A stretch of DNA of 19,986 nucleotides, from assembly GCA_004524535.1 (NCBI GenBank), contig SDNY01000067.1:1-19986 (forward strand), given 5' to 3'. A program made the translations under genes and the position numbers. This DNA is from Promethearchaeota archaeon. GTDB taxonomy: Archaea > Asgardarchaeota > Lokiarchaeia > Sigyniarchaeales > SOKP01. Below the pieces are notes generated by a model. The model was given only the letters and a program-made list of their open reading frames with translations. It did not search any database and was not told the origin of the DNA. Every line of letters starts with the position of its first letter. Position 1 is the first letter of the stretch. Positions 18,052-19,986 of this stretch are shown piece after piece.

Positions 18052-18855
18052 ATGAAATTTATAGATTTATCAATACCTGTTATTAATCCAGATGAGCTTG
18101 TTTTTGATCCACCGTTAACTCGCCCATCAATTTCTTACAGTCTTCATGATGAAGGAGCCGAACAAATGGCATTTGCCTTTCCAAAACTAAAACCAGAAGA
18201 GCATTTACCTGATAGAAAAGGTTGGGCAACAGAATTATTAAATTTAAGCACACACAGTGGTACTCATATGGATGCCCCATGGCATTTTGCCCCTGTCATG
18301 GATAGAGAGATTGAAGAAAAACAAGCATTAACTATCGATGAATTTCCTTTAGAATGGGGAATTGGCCCTTTAATTGTTTTAGATTGCACTGATTTAGAAG
18401 ATGGATATGTGTTAACTCCTGCAGATATTGATGAAAAATTACAAAAAATTAATCATACTTTACAAGTGGGTGATATCCTTTGTGTCCATACTACAGCCTC
18501 TAAATATTTCGGAACTAAAGAATATATTAACCATGGTGTAGGCGTAGGAAGAAAAGCCACATTACATATAATTCGGCAGGGTGTTCATGTTGTGGGAATT
18601 GATGCTTGGAGTTGGGATGCGCCTTTTCAACTCACAGCAGCGAAATGGAAGAAAATGGTAAAAGCAAAAAATCCTGATCCCTCTATTATATGGGAAGGTC
18701 ATTTTGCTGGTAGAGAGCTTGGATATTTTCAAATGGAAAAATTAACGAATTTAGATAAAGTACCCGCTGTTGGAGCGACAATCTACTGTTTTCCCATTAA
18801 AATTGCTAGAGCGAGCGCTGGATGGGTCAGAGCAGTAGCAACTGTTTCAGAATAA
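18052..18855 (+). CDS. Cyclase family metal-dependent hydrolase (kynurenine formamidase-like)
   Basis: 'THSGTHMDAPWHF', 'VGIDAWSWD', 'QMEKLTNL' and 'RAVA'. The start at 18052 (MKFIDLS) fits the family better than 18028. Confidence 0.92.
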   Translation: MKFIDLSIPVINPDELVFDPPLTRPSISYSLHDEGAEQMAFAFPKLKPEEHLPDRKGWATELLNLSTHSGTHMDAPWHFAPVMDREIEEKQALTIDEFPLEWGIGPLIVLDCTDLEDGYVLTPADIDEKLQKINHTLQVGDILCVHTTASKYFGTKEYINHGVGVGRKATLHIIRQGVHVVGIDAWSWDAPFQLTAAKWKKMVKAKNPDPSIIWEGHFAGRELGYFQMEKLTNLDKVPAVGATIYCFPIKIARASAGWVRAVATVSE

Positions 18856-18909
18856 TCTTTATAAAATAAATCATAATGTATAATTGAATATTCTTAATTT
18901 TTGATTATA

Positions 18910-19986
18910 ATGGAGAATAAAAAAATCGGAATTGTTATTGATAACGATTTCGCTTCTAAGAATAACCCTCCTTATCCTCGTCCTATGTTTCTTTCCTATG
19001 AGAATCCTAATCGGATTAAAGGTATAATTAGTTATTTTGAAAAAATACATCTCTTTGAAGATGATAGAATAATTAAATTAGCTCCTATGGAAATAGATGA
19101 AGAAATTGTTCAATTAGCCCATTCAAAATATTATATTGATTCTATTAAGCGTCTTTCGAATTTGGGAAGCGGGCTTATGGGGGATGAAGTTTTCATTACA
19201 AAAGATACATTTAATTTAGCAAAAAAAGCTATTGGTGGAGCAATAAGAGCAGTTGAAAGTGTAATTAAGAATGATGTGAATCAATCATTTGCTCTTATAA
19301 GACCTCCTGGACACCATGCTTTACGAGAGATGGGCTCTGGGCTATGCATATTTAATAATATTGCAAATACTATTCTATATTTGAGAAAGATTTTGAAGTA
19401 TGAGAAAAAAATCGCTATAATAGATATTGACGATCATTTGGGGGATGGAATTGTTCGATATTTTTATAATGATCCAAGTGTACTCTATTTTTCAGTCCAT
19501 GAATTCGATTTTGTTGAGGGAGAATTAGGATTTCCCGATGAATTAGGCGAAGGTGAAGGATTAGGTAAAAATATAAATTTTCCAGTTCCAGCTGGTGTGA
19601 GTGATAATGAATTTTTAGAATTTTTCGATATTCTTGACCCTATTTTAAGAGAATATCAACCAGATCTTATCATAATTGCTACTGGTTTTGATTTTTACTT
19701 TGATGACCCTCTCGGGAATGGTAATTTGACGAGTATTTCTTATTTTAACTTCGCTGAAAGAATTCTAAGGATTGCCGATGAGGTATGTGAAGGTAAAATC
19801 GCTTTTATTCTCGAGGGTGGATATAGTTTAATAGGTCTGCCTTTCTGTGTTCACGCAATTATTAAAGGTCTATTAAATGAGCATTTTGAACTCCCTTTAT
19901 TTGAGAATTTAGAGTTCCGATATGAATCTAAAATGGAAGAAATAATTAAAATTAAAAATTCTTTAAAGGAATTATTGAAGAATCAT
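18910..19986 (+). CDS. Histone deacetylase family protein (class II / acetylpolyamine amidohydrolase-like), truncated by the window end (not in ORF track)
   Basis: Open frame from ATG 18910 to the window end with 'ENPNRI', 'RPPGHHA', 'GLCIFNN', 'DIDDHLGDG', 'SVHE', 'GFD' and 'LEGGY'. Confidence 0.94.
   Translation, partial: MENKKIGIVIDNDFASKNNPPYPRPMFLSYENPNRIKGIISYFEKIHLFEDDRIIKLAPMEIDEEIVQLAHSKYYIDSIKRLSNLGSGLMGDEVFITKDTFNLAKKAIGGAIRAVESVIKNDVNQSFALIRPPGHHALREMGSGLCIFNNIANTILYLRKILKYEKKIAIIDIDDHLGDGIVRYFYNDPSVLYFSVHEFDFVEGELGFPDELGEGEGLGKNINFPVPAGVSDNEFLEFFDILDPILREYQPDLIIIATGFDFYFDDPLGNGNLTSISYFNFAERILRIADEVCEGKIAFILEGGYSLIGLPFCVHAIIKGLLNEHFELPLFENLEFRYESKMEEIIKIKNSLKELLKNH

Noticed and set aside
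13698-18280. Short ORFs 13698-13922, 14785-14982, 15292-15528, 15360-15563, 15972-16154 and 18083-18280
   Set aside because: All are shadow or alternate-frame ORFs inside longer supported genes. The similarity of 14785-14982 to 15972-16154 simply reflects the duplication.
79-19986. Functional link between Alba and the HDAC-family gene
   Set aside because: They are about 18.5 kb apart with unrelated genes between, and reported Alba deacetylation involves Sir2, a different family.

Overview
AT-rich archaeal chromosomal window. It is probably Asgard (Lokiarchaeia-like), inferred from eL38, eL40, a thermosome, archaeal AspRS, type II MetAP and many zinc-ribbon membrane proteins. The left two-thirds is mostly translation and proteostasis housekeeping: a divergent Alba, the aspS-map-nucleotidyltransferase cluster, the rpl38e-nusA2-pth2-truD cluster and rpl40e-thermosome. 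An acyl-CoA dehydrogenase coupled to an orphan Mod-like DNA methyltransferase interrupts it. Downstream of the thermosome is an accessory array of three membrane/zinc-ribbon genes, each preceded by the same ~20-bp motif (TCGTTTAGCGRTATTTTGTT). Two of these genes are a ~1.19-kb tandem duplication encoding single-pass receptor-like proteins whose DNRLRE-like ectodomain has diverged much faster than adjacent non-coding DNA. The window ends with an SDR, a cyclase-family hydrolase and a histone-deacetylase-family gene that runs off the edge. Three genes absent from the ORF track were found (450..623, rpl40e, HDAC), and truD appears to need a non-canonical ATT/ATA start.
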